This document shows, piece after piece, positions 25,629 to 38,762 of a stretch of DNA of 64,000 bases. The stretch covers positions 10,001,352 through 10,065,351 of the forward strand of contig MU053934.1 in NCBI GenBank assembly GCA_013239625.1, in the 5' to 3' direction. The notes beneath the pieces are model-generated. The model was not told the DNA's origin, ran no database searches, and saw nothing but the letters and a program-made list of their open reading frames with translations. Origin of the DNA: Lama guanicoe. Taxonomy: Eukaryota. The position numbers and the translations under genes were made by a program. The first letter of the stretch is position 1. Each line of letters starts with the position of its first letter.

Positions 25629-27848
25629 TTTTAGAGCAACAAATAAAAGCTAACCTTGGGATTATCTCAGAATAATTGCAGTATTTATGACCACGTTCAG
25701 CTACTGTTAACTCGTGTAATTGGACAATCACTAAGGGACACGGAGGGCAGGACTGGTGTTTTTCTGACACCTGCTTTTGAAACCACAACACTTGGATTCT
25801 GAAAAATCTCTTCCTGAACTAATCACATGCAAATCTGGAAAGAAGTACGTAGACAGGATTGCCATTTATTTCCTGTTCAAATACACTGAGATTTCTCCCT
25901 ATCAAGATGCGCTGGTAACTGTTTCTACGTAATCTGACTGCTGACAGGACTTCTGCCTTCACAGTGGGGCCGAAATGAGACCCATCAGGTGGGGAGTGAA
26001 ACCCAGCCCCCTCGGATCTGCGGTGTTCACGCCTGGTGACTGCGCGGCGTTTGTGGGCTTCACACAAATCATTTGGCTTCCTGGCCACTTCCAATGGTTT
26101 CAGACCCACATCTCTTTGGAGAAAAGTAGAGGTGCTCAGAGAGCAAGTGACCAGCAGGACCCTGGCCCCCAGTGCTTTCCTGCCATCAGCCGCCAACCCC
26201 GCCGACCCCACAAAGGGCCCGCCCGAGCCCAGGCCTGGGCCGGTCTCCTTCCTCACATACGCAGCAATTCAGTGTTTACTCGGCACCTACTGTGTACACA
26301 GAACAATAGGAGGAACTCAGGGGGAGCGGGAAAGAGGTGCCATGAGGGGGGGTGAGTCGTCTGACACTGGACTCCTGCCCCTGAGAGAACGCAGGGTAGA
26401 TAAGACACAGAGTCCAACAAAAAAGAAAGAAAAAAGACAGCAAGTAACACAAAGTACAAAGACATAAGCAGCAGAGAGGGACAAACAGCTCTGCAAACCA
26501 CCAACAGAGAGATCACCGAAGGGCCAGGAACTAGAGAGCCTGGCCTTGACCGAGGGTGAGGCCCGACCGCAGGGCAGGGGAGGGGGCACACCACCAGAGA
26601 GGACCGGGGCGCAGGGGACGGGCTGAGCGGGCTCAGGAAGAGAAGGGGGTGTGGAGTGGCCAGGGTCAGACCGTGGGGAGCCCTGAATGCAAGCCTGGCA
26701 GCACGTGAAAGAACCTTCTAGCAGGGCAAGCATCCCCACGGGACGTGGCCAGCTGCCGTCCGCGGAGGTGCGCCCAGCCAGCCGCCGGGGCAGGGCTGGG
26801 GCGCTGTGGCTCCATTAGCAGGGCTCTGAGGTGCTTCCCAAACTTCCACCCCGACAAACTGGGGTTCAGCCATCAGAGAAGGACAGTGGGGGTTGCACAG
26901 CGAGCCAGGATGGAGACGGGAAGACGAGGGGCAGGTGGTGGCGGCAGTCATCTGAACCAGCATGTGAGGGAGCTGAGACATTGTCACACAGTGGCAGGTG
27001 ACCCTGGGAACCCGCAGCAGCCGGCGGGGGCACACGGGCCTGGGAGCAAGTCCAGAGCTCCAGCTGGCCGGGTTGGGTCTGAGATGCTGGCGGTCTCCAG
27101 TGGCAAACTGGGCGTCGTCGGAAACTTGGAAACAAAGCTCGGGGGAAATCAGGACAGAAGACAGAGCATTAGGAGAAATCCACATGGTGCTAATCACTGA
27201 AATCACGAAGTCAGGACACAGTGTGAAGGTGAAGCGTAGCTTACCCTGGACCAATCTCTCATTCAGGAAACAGCACACAAACGGCAGGGACCAACCACAA
27301 TCCCTAGAAATTGCTGTGTGCAAAAATCCAGACTGTTCGAGAAGATAGCTAAATCAGGTGGGGGGCAGAAAGCCAAAAAACATCAGCGGTATCTTAACAA
27401 ACCCACACAGAAAACACGTCTGGAGTATGAAAGACAGTTCCTTAGACCCTAGTCTTTGTCCTTAGGACAGATGACCCAACGCAGCAAATCCACCGAACGA
27501 TTCCCTTAAAATGTGTGAATTTTACTGAGTGCAGATTACACCTCAATGAAGTTGATGTTAATAAAAATCATGTTCCAAGAGAAGGGACAGTACTACGCAT
27601 ATTTACAAAGACACGAGCGCTAAATATTATTCATTGCTGAAGGGTAAGGTGAGGGTGATTTTTTTTTCTGTGTTTTCCAGATTTTATTAGATCAACAGGA
27701 GTCTACTTTTGTGAGCAGAAAAAAAGTGTTTTAATATCTGTGTGCCTACGTTTTGCTGTGCATTGCCTAGGGGTGGTGCTGGGGACACTGTAAATACAGG
27801 GGGGACTTGCACAAGGAGCTGGCGCCCTACCCCGACCCAAGGTACCAA

Positions 27849-27849
<1 letters not shown>

Positions 27850-27894
<45 letters not shown>
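27850..27894 (+). repeat. (CA)22 microsatellite
   Basis: Perfect CA run. Confidence 0.98.
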
Positions 27895-27896
<2 letters not shown>

Positions 27897-30800
27897 CGCC
27901 CTACCCCAACTCTAGAGGAACCTGCCTCCAGAGTCTCTCTAAGCACGTTTTCCTGCAGCCCTGGGGGTATAACCCAGATACAGTTTCAGTCTGTTTCAAG
28001 TTGAACCACCTCCTCCAGGGTGAGGAGCCTCTGTCGGGTTTCCTGTTTTCAGTCCGCTGACTTCCGACCAGGCTGGTGCCCCAGGGAGCATTCACTGACT
28101 CCCAGCTTCCTGGAAAGCAGCCCTCTTGGGGTGCAGAAAACTCCGCCCTCCCCATTCCCAGTCCTACCTTTGCTCTCGAACACCGACTCACCCCTCCGCA
28201 GAGGAAAGAGCATGTGCCTGGATGAAAAGCCAGCTCCCTTTTGTACATCACATACCTTCTGAGCAATCAATTCAAAGCTTCAGTTTTCCTGTCTGAAACA
28301 GGAGCGATGCTATCGAGAAACCCAGCGGGTCGGACATGGCAGTCACACCCAGTGCACACAGTGGCCCACCAGGTCCGTTCTTGTCTGGCCTTCTTTCAAG
28401 GTGTTTTCAATTTGCTTCTGACCCCAACCGTCCCCTGGAGCCTGTTTCTGCACAGCCTCCCTTCCCACCCACCCTCCCCAACGTCTGGACCCACCTGGGG
28501 CTGTGGCAGGGTGGGCACTGCCACTCTGAAACTCAATTAAATGCCCCAGGGACTGGTTCACGTCTCCCCTACTGATCAGACTGCCCTGGAGCATGGACTC
28601 CCCGAACTTGCGCCCAGTCCTTTGGGCCTGCAGAGGTGGGAAGAGAGCCCCAAGCTGCAGCAGCGGGGTTCCCGCACTGCTGACCCGGGGTTTTTGCATC
28701 ATGGTAGAGAGCACAGAGGGTGCTGAGAGCAGGCTACTCCCTGAGGAAGCCCACCCGTCAGGGAACCCGCGGCCCCGGCCTCTCCAGGGAGGGGAGGACC
28801 AATCTCTCGGCATACCAGTTGGGAAGCTCCGCGTGAACCTGCAGGAAAGGGCCTTCACGATTTGTGAGAGTGAAGCAGCCACCATTCCAAGAAAGAGGGT
28901 GGGCAGCTGTGAAAGTGAGGAGCCCGCAGAAGTCAGCTGACCCAAAGTGGACCCTGCCATGCTGCACGACCCAGAATCCGGTGACTAGAAACCATAATAG
29001 TAGCCAGCCAAGGATGCCGATGCTGAAAGCAGGCCACAAGTGGCCTCCCCCCAGACGCCCCGAAGGGTGGGGTCCATCCCGCGTCCACGTGGCGGCTTAG
29101 GCCTGTGGGAGGCCACACCACCCGGTGCTTAAAAGCACAGCCTCCAATCCAAATCCGGTTCAACCACTAACTGGGCCAGTTTCTTAAACTCTGTAGCTCT
29201 GTCTCTTCATCTGTAAAAGACAGGAGAGCTGCTCTGCAGGAACCCATCGAGTCTGAATGGGACATGGCACAGAAGCATGGTGGCTGCACCCAACTGCCCC
29301 ATCAAACGACACTTCCCCGTTCTTAAGCCAAGACATTGACAGGCAAGTTCAAAAGCCCTCGGGGCCAGGCCAGGCCAGGACAAATCCAGAGCTCAGGCCC
29401 TGGCATGTGGTGCCAGGAGGCTGGAGGGTGCCATCTGAGGAAGGACATTTTTTCCAAAGGGGACAACAGGAAGCTGGTAGAAGAGTAAAGCCTCAGACAC
29501 CCAGCCACAGACAAGCTCCCATCTGTGTCTGGTGGTCCCGAGGCCCGAAACCAAGAGTCCAAGACCACCCTTGACCATGGCCCCACCCCCCCAAGCAGTG
29601 TCAGAAAGCAGGCCGACTGCGCCCAAAGCATGTACAAGGCATCCCAAACTCAGCACGACCACCAGAGAATCCAGATCTCCACCCCCCCCATAAGTAAAAC
29701 ATTCATTCCTGCCCCTCCTGCAACTTCCATCACCACAAACTTGTAATTCACGCACCCCTCCTGCTCATTCAATCCACGCAGACCCAGCCCTGCTCCCCAT
29801 CACCCCTGCCTGGACGAGGCCAGCACCTCCTATCTGCAGTTCCTTGTCCCTCCTCTGTCCGCTCTCCTCCAAGCCTCCACAGGGGTCCTCTCACCAGGGG
29901 ACCGCATCTCAGTCCCTGCTACCCAAACAGCCCTGTTCCCCCCCACCTCTTGGCCGCACCACGCGGGCCTCCCAGCATGCACAGATCTCTCCAGGGCTCT
30001 TGTCCAACGCTGCCCTGGGACCCCCTTTGCCCCCACCCTGCAGGGCTCATCTGCTCAGACACACACTCCCCTGTGTGCTACTCTGTTTCCTGTCCTACTG
30101 GAAAATGCCCCACTGCAGCAGGGACTTCGCCACATGAACTGAGCCGAGGCAAGGAGGCCGCTGCACTCTGCCCAACAGGCCTTCAATAAAACTTGCGAAA
30201 GACAAATGAATGAAATGGAACATGCCCACACTCGCCAGCCCTGGGCTTCCTCTGCCACAGAGGCCCCTCCTTCTCACTGTCCAAATGGGCCTTCTGTAAT
30301 CCTCCTCCTCCTCCCCAGGGTCAAATGACATCTCCCTGATAAGCCTCTGTCCATCCCTCTGCCACTGGACAGCTCAGCCCCTTCTCCTTGGGGACAGAGT
30401 GTGTCCTTTTTATTTAAACTACACTTCTGCAGATCGGAGGGCCTCTGCAGGTCATGTGTCCAGCCTGTTGCATCAAACTTAACACCCCTCCTTGTCCCGC
30501 GGGGAGCACATCCCAGACAGAAGGGCATCAGCCCTTCTTTCACTTTGCAACAGGAGTTCCTGTCTCCCCTCTGGTTCCCCGCTAACAAAAAGCATCTGTC
30601 CTCGGGTTAAACTGAAACCAAGTTTGGGAGGGGAGCCACCGGCAGTCCCTCGGGGTCCATCCGTAAGCAACCTCACGATCAGTCCGGACCGTGCCCTTCA
30701 GATAACTTGCGGGCCAGTCACAGCCATGCGGCCCCCTCCAGCCCCCTCCAGCCCTCCTCCCGGGCCGCAGACCTCCCCCGCGGTCATGACCCCGCACCTC

Positions 30801-30923
30801 GCCCTCCCGGGTCGCATCCCCGCCGGGCCGCAGGTGCCCGGGCTCCTGCCCTCCCCGCCGGCACCTCCCGGCTCGCTCTTTGTCATCCCGGTCGCGGGAG
30901 CGTAGGCACCCTTGGCGCCCAGG

Positions 30924-31114
30924 GCTTTTCTCTGCCAGCTGCTGCCGAGACCCCGGCTTCCACCTCCCCGGCCTCCCGTCCCCAGGGCCCCCGCCTGCCG
31001 GCCTCCTCGCCCCCACCCAGCTTTTCTCTGCCAGCTGCTGCCGAGACCCCGGCTTCCACCTCCCCGGCCTCCCGTCCCCAGGGCCCCCGCCTGCCAGCCT
31101 CCTCGCCCCCACCC
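30924..31114. repeat. 96-bp tandem duplication (2 copies)
   Basis: 30924-31018 and 31020-31114 are identical except G31000 / A31096. Confidence 0.95.
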
Positions 31115-31164
31115 CCCCTCCCCGGTCACCCCGGCCGAGCCCGCGGGCCGGCGGCCACACTCAC

Positions 31165-31297
31165 CCGCGCCCAGGTCGCCGGCCCCGGGCCCCGGGCTCC
31201 GCCACCAGCGCAGCAGCGCCCGCGCGGGGTCCAGGCTCACGGCGCAGCGCTGCTGCTTCACCCACAGCACCGAGCGCAGCGGCTCCGCCGCCCCCAT
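31165..31297 (-). CDS. CERK: Ceramide kinase, coding exon 1 (start of PH domain)
   Basis: ATG at 31297 in strong context (GCG ATG G). Encodes MGAAEPLRSVLWVKQQRCAVSLDPARALLRWWRSPGPGAGDLGA, which matches the CERK N-terminus. Donor G|GTGAGT at 31164; 133 nt, phase 1; lies in a CpG island. Confidence 0.96.
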
Positions 31298-31407
31298 CGC
31301 GCCGCCGGGTCTGCCGGGCGGGGGGGCGCCAGGAGGGCACGCGGGCGCTGAGGGGCGCGGGACCGTTAGCGGCCCCTGGAGCCCGGCCGGGTCGCGGCGG
31401 CGGCGGC

Positions 31408-31599
31408 NNNNNNNNNNNNNNNNNNNNNNNNNNNNNNNNNNNNNNNNNNNNNNNNNNNNNNNNNNNNNNNNNNNNNNNNNNNNNNNNNNNNNNNNNNNNN
31501 NNNNNNNNNNNNNNNNNNNNNNNNNNNNNNNNNNNNNNNNNNNNNNNNNNNNNNNNNNNNNNNNNNNNNNNNNNNNNNNNNNNNNNNNNNNNNNNNNNN
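31408..31599. other. Assembly gap (192 N)
   Basis: Run of N directly after a short CGG tract upstream of the CERK ATG. Confidence 0.99.
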
Positions 31600-33785
31600 T
31601 GGGACAGAAAGGGGCCGAGGAGGAGAGGGGTGGGGGGTACTGAGCAAGAGGACGGGAGGCGGGGGAGGGGAGCGAGGAGGGGGCGAGGGCGGCGGCTGGG
31701 CTGGGGTTGGGGCCTCGTCGACCGGGTGAGCTCGCCCGGCTCAGGCCCAGGAGGAGGCGGCTTCCCCTCGCGGCCAGTATAGTGTCTGGGCTGCAGTCGC
31801 CGGGGGCGTGGACCCTGGCAGGTCGTCGTGACAGGCGGAGTCCCTCCAGTGGAGCAGAAATGCTGCCTGGGCGGTCGTGTAGACGCGGCGGGAGGCGGTG
31901 GGCCCAGGGCGGACCTGGCCTTACGGCGGGCGCGAGGTGACCCCTGCTGATCCCCGCTGGGCCGGCATGGGTGGTGTGATTTTGGGCATCAAGTCGCATC
32001 TTGGATCTCCTGTCTTCTGGGCCGTCTGGCCCTATCCTTCTCTTGGAAATAAATAAACCTGGAAGGCCCCGCGGGTACCCACGGCGTAGACCTTATTGGA
32101 CCCTGCAGGGAACTGGGCACCATCTCTGCTTATCGGCCATCCTCACGACTAGGCGTTGAGGCAGACGCTGCTGCACCCCCACTTCCTAAGGGGACAGTTT
32201 TAGGCACTGGGATTTAGCAATAAGGGATGGAGCCAGCATTCAGACACTGGCAGTGTGGTCAGGGGATCCCGCTGTGTCTGCACGTGAGTCTGAGGATAGA
32301 TCCCCTGAGGAGATGTATCCTGGTCACAGGAGCAGAGGCACTGCTCGGAGGCCTGCCAGGGTCCAGCCAGCCTTCACTGCCCGCTGGAGTAGGTGTCTGT
32401 CTGGGTTGGGGGCTGCAGAGAGCAGCGCAGGGTGTCCCACAGCCCCAGGTGGTCATGGTCAGCCCGCTGCAAGGGGAGGATGCTGGATGTTAGTTGCCTC
32501 AGAACCACCAGTGGGGAGGGGGCCTGCAGGCTGACAGGCAGGGAAGGCTTTCTGGAGGAGGAGTTCCTCCTCTTAGGGGCCTGGGAGAAAGCTGGACTGG
32601 CAGCTGCGTCCTCCCCTCTCCTCCTGAGCAGGCCCAAGGAGAGGGGGCTGCCGTTCTGAGCACTTTGCCGAATGGCATCACCCCAGGGCCCCCAGGTTCT
32701 TTTCCTTATGACCCTGCCCAGCTCACCCGACCCCTCTCCACAGGGGGCCTACGCTGACCACGCAGCTAAGTGGAGCACCCACCACAGCAGGGCTCCAGCC
32801 CCACTCCCAGAGCACATCCACCCCCTCAGCTCCACGAGCACGTGGACTTGTCTGTCCCCAGAGTCCCAGTACTGAAAACAGTTGGGCGCGTAGTAAGTCC
32901 CACAAGTGCATTTGGCCCAGATTATCAAGAAACTGCCGCTCAGAGATGCTGACTAGCTCGCGTGAAGGCTTGGGGCTCAGAAGTGACAGAGGTCCAGCTC
33001 TGGGGGCCCCAGCCACCTGCGCCCTCTCACCTCAGCCCACCCTCCCTAGCCTTGCTTCCTCTCCCCTCCTCCTGCACCAGCCTTCCCTGCAGACGGAGGG
33101 AGGGCAGGCCCGAGGCCTTGCTGCCTGTGTCTGGCACTGGGGAGCCACACATACAGGTTTTATCCCACCAGTTCCCTGTGATTCACTCCTCCTGGGGAGA
33201 CCAGCCTCTGTTCAGGCCGGGTACAGGGAGTCAGCAGTAAGGACAGGGTAGAAGGTGGGGTGTGAGTTCTCTAGCCCCACCTCCCTTGAGCAAGCCATAC
33301 CTGATCTCCAAGCGCAGTCTGGCCAATGGCAGAAAGGCCTGCCCTGCCTCCTCCCTCCCACGGCTGCTGCTTTGAGGCTCAGAAAATGTGGACATGAAAC
33401 TTCTTTGGAAATCCTGCGCCAGGGTCAGGCAGTGGCTGGTATCACCACTGCGGCTCACGAAGAGGGATGGCAGGAAAGGGCTGATGGGCAGGGACTCAGG
33501 AATGCCAGCCACCCTGTGGGGGGCCTCTTCCTGTGGCCTCCCAGGGCTGGGCTCCCGTTCTCCTGGTTATTCACCTAGGATCCTTTACTAACACGCATCA
33601 GCTCATACAATCCTGTAGTGGGGGGAGGGCGGGGCAGAGAAGGCTCAGACACCTCCCCCCTGCCCTCAAGGAGGTCTGTTGGGGAGACCACAGCTTCAGC
33701 TACAAAACACTGGGGAGCCCTGAGGAACCCCTGCCTCTCTTTACTCAGTAGACTGGAAGTCCATGGGCCAGGGGCTCATGGTGGC

Positions 33786-34189
33786 TGTTATGAGCCGAAC
33801 TGTGACCAGCCCTCCTCAATCACATGTTGAATTCCTAATCTCCAGTAGTTTAGAAGGTGAGTGTGTTTGGAGAGAGTCTTTCTAGAGGTGATTAACATAA
33901 AACGAGGCCTTATGGTTAACTCCAGCCCAGTGTGACGGGAAGCCTGACCAGAGGAGGAAGTTTGGATGCTCAGAGAGACCAGGGCGCCGCGCACAGAGGG
34001 TCAGACGAAGGGAGAGGCAGTAGGAGGGCGGCCATCTGCAAGCCCAGGAGAGAGGCCTCAGAGGAAGCGCACGCTTTGGGTACCTTGGTCTTGGACGTAC
34101 AGCCTCTCTGAACCGGAACTGAGAAGGCAGACCTCTCTTGTTTAAGCCACCTGGCCCGTGGCAGTTTACAGCCCTGGCAAACTGCTACA
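33786..34189 (+). mobile_element. MLT1B-like MaLR solo LTR
   Basis: TG...CA ends; motifs ggccatctgcaagcccaggagagaggcctcagaggaa and tgtttaagccacc; perfect 5-bp TSD GTGGC. Confidence 0.9.
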
Positions 34190-37100
34190 GTGGCCTTCCA
34201 CCCCAGGGGGCTGTCATCCTGGTGTTGGCTGGGGAGGGACCTGGCCAATGCAAAGCCCCACGCTTAAACTAGGGTGGAGGGAAGGCACTGAAATCAGAAG
34301 TTCAGAGAGGGTTGGGCAGGGGGTCGGGCCCAGTGAGGGCTGGGGGCCCATGGCTCTGAGCACAGCTCTGGGGACGTGGAAGGAAAGAGGCAGCTTTGCC
34401 CCGGAGCAGCTGCTGGGCCCCTGCTGTGTGCCAGGTCCCAGTGGGGAGCTGGCTGTGAAGGCAGTCAGAGCAGCCAACGAGAACTTCCAAAGGCAGGGGT
34501 GCCTTGACCTTCTGTGTTCAGAATGCACTCTCAGCTCCCTTGCTGGTCTCTCAGGCACCTCACCTCTTCCTTTCCTGTGCTGGGCTCGGGCCAAATGCTC
34601 TTCCCACCTGTCTGCCTGGGAAGCCCCCCTCCCCCGCCTTCTTTAAGGCAGGTGGATCCCTGGGCGGTTAACTCCCTGGGGCTTCACCCGCATGGGGCCT
34701 CCCTTCAGCCTGCAGCGCTGCAGAACGACAATGCTGGGGCCCCAGCCTGTCGCTAACCTCGTGTGTGCACAGCTGGCCCGTTCCTCGCTGGGGCTTAGAC
34801 GTGCCCCGGCAGCCAGCTAGGCCAGACAGCGAGGGCTCAGCTCAGCAGCCCAGAGCCCCGATCGATGGGCCAGGCCCTGCCGTGACCCCTGCCGGGTCCC
34901 GGGTCCAGTCGGCAGGCGTGGGCTGCTGCCTGGTGGCCCGACTGCCCTGCAGCCCGAACTGGCCAGCTTGTCTAGGCCGAACAACTTGCCCAGCCTTGGC
35001 CCACGCCCCTGGGCTGCACTGGGGCTGCCCAGGTGACGTCCCACGTGGGCGGCCGGGATGCTGAGACACTGTCTAGGCGCCCAGAACTGCCACCCCACAC
35101 CCATGAGCATCCCGCCCACTGATCATCCGTGCCAGGTGCCCCTGGGCCCCTCCTGCCACAGAGTGCTGGCCGCCAATGGGGACCTGGCACGGGCAGCTCC
35201 TTCTAGTGCCATCCCTTCTGTGGCCTCTGACCTACTTTCCCTCTGTCCCCAGAGCCCCTGGCCGTGTTTACTGTGACAGCCACCTGCTTATCTTCCCCGA
35301 CTTCCTCCCCGAGAAGTCAGCGCCCGACCTGACATGAGAATGCTGCTGGGTTGGGGAGGGAGGACACCTGCACCAGCTGCACACTGGCTGCTGTCCCTGC
35401 CCGCCACGCCGCCCTCCGCCCTCCGTCCTGGAGGAGGAGCTGCCACCTGCTGTCCATCAGGGCTGACCGCCTGGAAGAAATGCCCTGGGGAGAGTAAGCC
35501 GGTAAGTTACAAAACACCCTCCCCTACGTTGCTTATGTGACGCAGAGAACATCCTCCGGAAATGAGAGTCTTCTGCTCCATTTTAGACCAGGAAAGACTG
35601 GAGGCTCACAAAACTAAGCTGGCCTGCTCGAGGTCTACAGAAAGGTAACTAGATGGTGGGAGAGTCTGAGCTGTGGGACCAGGAGAGACACACAGGAGCT
35701 GCCGCCTAGGCCCCAGCAGGGACAGCCCCGGGCACTCCAGCGGGGCACACAGGACCCTCCTGCCTGACTGGCTCTGGTGGGTCCTCACTCAGACCTGCCC
35801 ACCTGGGAAAGCCGCAAGCCTGGGCTGGCGGGGAGGGTGACTCTGGGGTGGTGGCCAGAGAGCGATCTGAGCTGGAAGGGCCAGTCAGGTGGGGCTGGCG
35901 GAGAATAAGGCTGCAGGTGGCCAGGGATCAGAGATGCCTGCACACCTGGGTACCATGCAGAGCAGTGCACCCTGGGGGGGTGCTGAAGGCCAGATGGGGT
36001 TCAGTCTGGACCCCATGGGCTCCCCAGGCCTACATGGGGGACCTGCCTGGGTTGGGTGCTGACAGGATGCCTGGCATTGTATTTAGCAACAGCTCACTTA
36101 ATCTTCAAGGTGACACTGCTCTGCAGGTGAGGAGACAGCCCCCGCGAGGTTAGGGCCTGGGCCTCCCAGTGGCAAGGGCTGGAATGGGGAATGACTCGCA
36201 GGGCTGTGAGGCTTCGAAGGCTGCCTCACCACCCCTGCCACCCCCAGCCATCCTGTCGGCGACATTCCAGGTTTCCTCTCCCCACGGGGAGCAGTTAGGA
36301 GGCCCCGGGGCCCAGCCTGCCTGGGTATAGTTTGCTCAGCAGCGGACCATCCTGAGAAAAAGGCCGGCTCCTGTAGGGTGAATTCTGGGCCTGCTCAGGG
36401 TGGAGGGAGCCTTCCCCTCCCTGTCTCTGCAGCTGGAGGAGCGTGTGTAGCTGCTGGGGTCCTTAGAGGCAGGGGACGCCCAAGGCAGGGCAGGGAAGGC
36501 TGAGGGGGCATCTGCACGCAGGCCTCCCCTCCCCCAGGCCTAGAGTGGAGTCCACTGCTGCTTGATGCAGCTTGGCCTTGACTCCTTCCAGGGTGGGGGC
36601 TACCGCAGTGTCCAGCCTTGGGGGCTTGGGGGGGGAGTACCCCAGAGGCTCCCATAGATGGTGACATCTATGACCCCACGTGCTGCTGAGTGGCCTTTGG
36701 CTGTGTGGAGTGGGATGTGGTGGTGGGGAGCCTGGCCTGGTGCCCAGGGCTGCCGGGCACACAGCCGGGGCGATGATAACACAGGAGAGCCGTCAGCTGG
36801 GACTTTCAGGCTGATGAGGGGGCTGGGTAGCTCGCTCTGCACGCATGTGTATTTGCCTTTTTATAGTCAAGGTTTAGAAAAAATAGAAGCAGTTGCAAAG
36901 GCTTGGGAGACAGGTGATCTGAGTCAGCCATGGTGGGGGAGGGCAGCACTCAAGTTCCATTAACCGGGGACAGGAGGCAGGTGGCTCTGGGGACAGGAGG
37001 TCGGGCGCGGGGCGGCGTTTGGAGCCTGTGCACACCAAGGAGGAAGAGAAAGCCTGCTTCAGACGGACCCAGGAAAACACAAACACCACCTGGAGGAAAG

Positions 37101-38762
37101 ACGATCTTAAAGATGAGGAATAAACAAACACAACCTGGGTTCAGTCCAGAAGTTTTGAAACAAACAAGGAAGCGACTGTTGAGTCCAAAAATAAAGCCAA
37201 ACCAAAGCAAAGCAAAACAAAACAAAACCCATACACAAAAAACAAAGGAGGAAGAAAAATCAATGGAAACAATATAAATTACAAGCCCATCGTAGACAGT
37301 TACTGAGATCAGCTACTGTGGAAGCAAGACACACCAGGGTGAAAAGATTGCTGGGCGGTGCCGGCTGGCCGGAGGGTCGCCAAAGAGAATACAGGTGAGC
37401 TGGGAGCTGCACCTTCACACGCACGTTTGTGTAGCAGGCCTGAAGACCAGAGGGGAGAAGGGCACCAGTTGTGAACTTGGGGCGTGGGGCTCAGATCAGG
37501 GAACCTGGACCAGCTTGCCCCACCCCCTTTACAGATGGAGAAGCTGAGGCCAGAGAGGGGCAGCGACCTCTGAAGAAGCCCAGGAAGTCGCCATTCCTCT
37601 GACCCATGCTCACTGAGCCCTACTGTGTGCCAGGTCCTGACATGTGCAGGGTCAGAGCTGGACAAGGGGCCTGCACGAAGCTCCCTGTGGGCCCGGATAA
37701 TCGAATCATTGCAGGAACGCATGTTTCATGAGGGCCTGCGGTCAGCACCAGGAGGGACGGCCAGCTTTGGCCCTGAGAGCGCCTAGCAGAGAATCCCCCC
37801 TGGTCCACAGGGTCCACAAGGCCTCCTGGGAGAGGGCGTGGAGTTGAGGTCTGGAAGGGGAGCCAGGGGAGCGCTGGAAGGCTGGGAGGGCTGGAGGTGC
37901 CCAGAGTCAATGATGAAAGTCCTCACAGAAGAATGCGTTTCACAATTTGCTGCGGTGGCAGCAGTGCCCACCTTGAATTGACAGCCTGCTCTGTGTCAGT
38001 CAGACCCCTTCCCAGCAAACCTTGGAGATAAGACCAGTGGGCCCCACTTTACAGCTGAAGGACTGGAGGCTCAGGGACAGCCTGCTGCTGGAGCTGGTAT
38101 TTGAGCCCCACATTATCTGAGCTAAAACACACAGGCTTTCTGTTTCCAGAGGCAGACCCCCACATCAGCAACAGAGAGTGACTTTAACATTGTTTCTGTT
38201 TTAAAAACATCCAAAAACTCCTCAAACAACCAAACAAAAAGATAAACAAGAACCCGTTAAACCCTTTCTGAGATGCCCTAATGTCCCAGGCCCCAGGAGC
38301 TGTGTTTAGGTCCCTACATGGGTCCTTTGCTTGCCTGGGTTGCCAGCGTGAAGGTGACAAGGGAGCTGGGCAGACAGGCCAGCTTTAGGGAAATGTACAA
38401 GTCTTGCATCTTACCTCCAGAACTCCTTACAGGAAACTGCTGTGGCTTCAGGAGCCAAGATTAACAAGCGCACCTAGAACTGTTGCGGGGGGGGGGGGAT
38501 AAACACCCCTGGGGAGCGGAGGGCGTCCCGCAGAACTCCTCCAACAAGCTGAGCTCCCAGCTTTCACTTGGTGGCCAGAGGGGTCCTTTTCAAATGGAAA
38601 TCCAGATTCCTTCCAGATTCCTCCCCTGCATCCTCAGAGCCCTCTGGGCGTAGCCTGGGCCTCCTCTCTGCTCCTGGCTCAGCTTTCTAGGCAACTGGTC
38701 TCTTGCTTCTTGAACCTCCAAGCATGATCCCACCTCAGGGTCTTTGCCTGGGACTCTGTCCT

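Larger units (their letters stand above)
30700..31960 (-). promoter_or_regulatory. CpG island / promoter of CERK
   Basis: Very high CpG and GC density around exon 1; GC-box and G-run tract at 31610-31715; the TSS probably lies in or beside the N gap. Confidence 0.85.

Noticed and set aside
30698-31999. 433-aa ORF and overlapping 200-300 aa ORFs at the CERK promoter
   Set aside because: They span the N gap, the CpG island and the in-frame 96-bp duplication; low-complexity P/G/A/R sequence.
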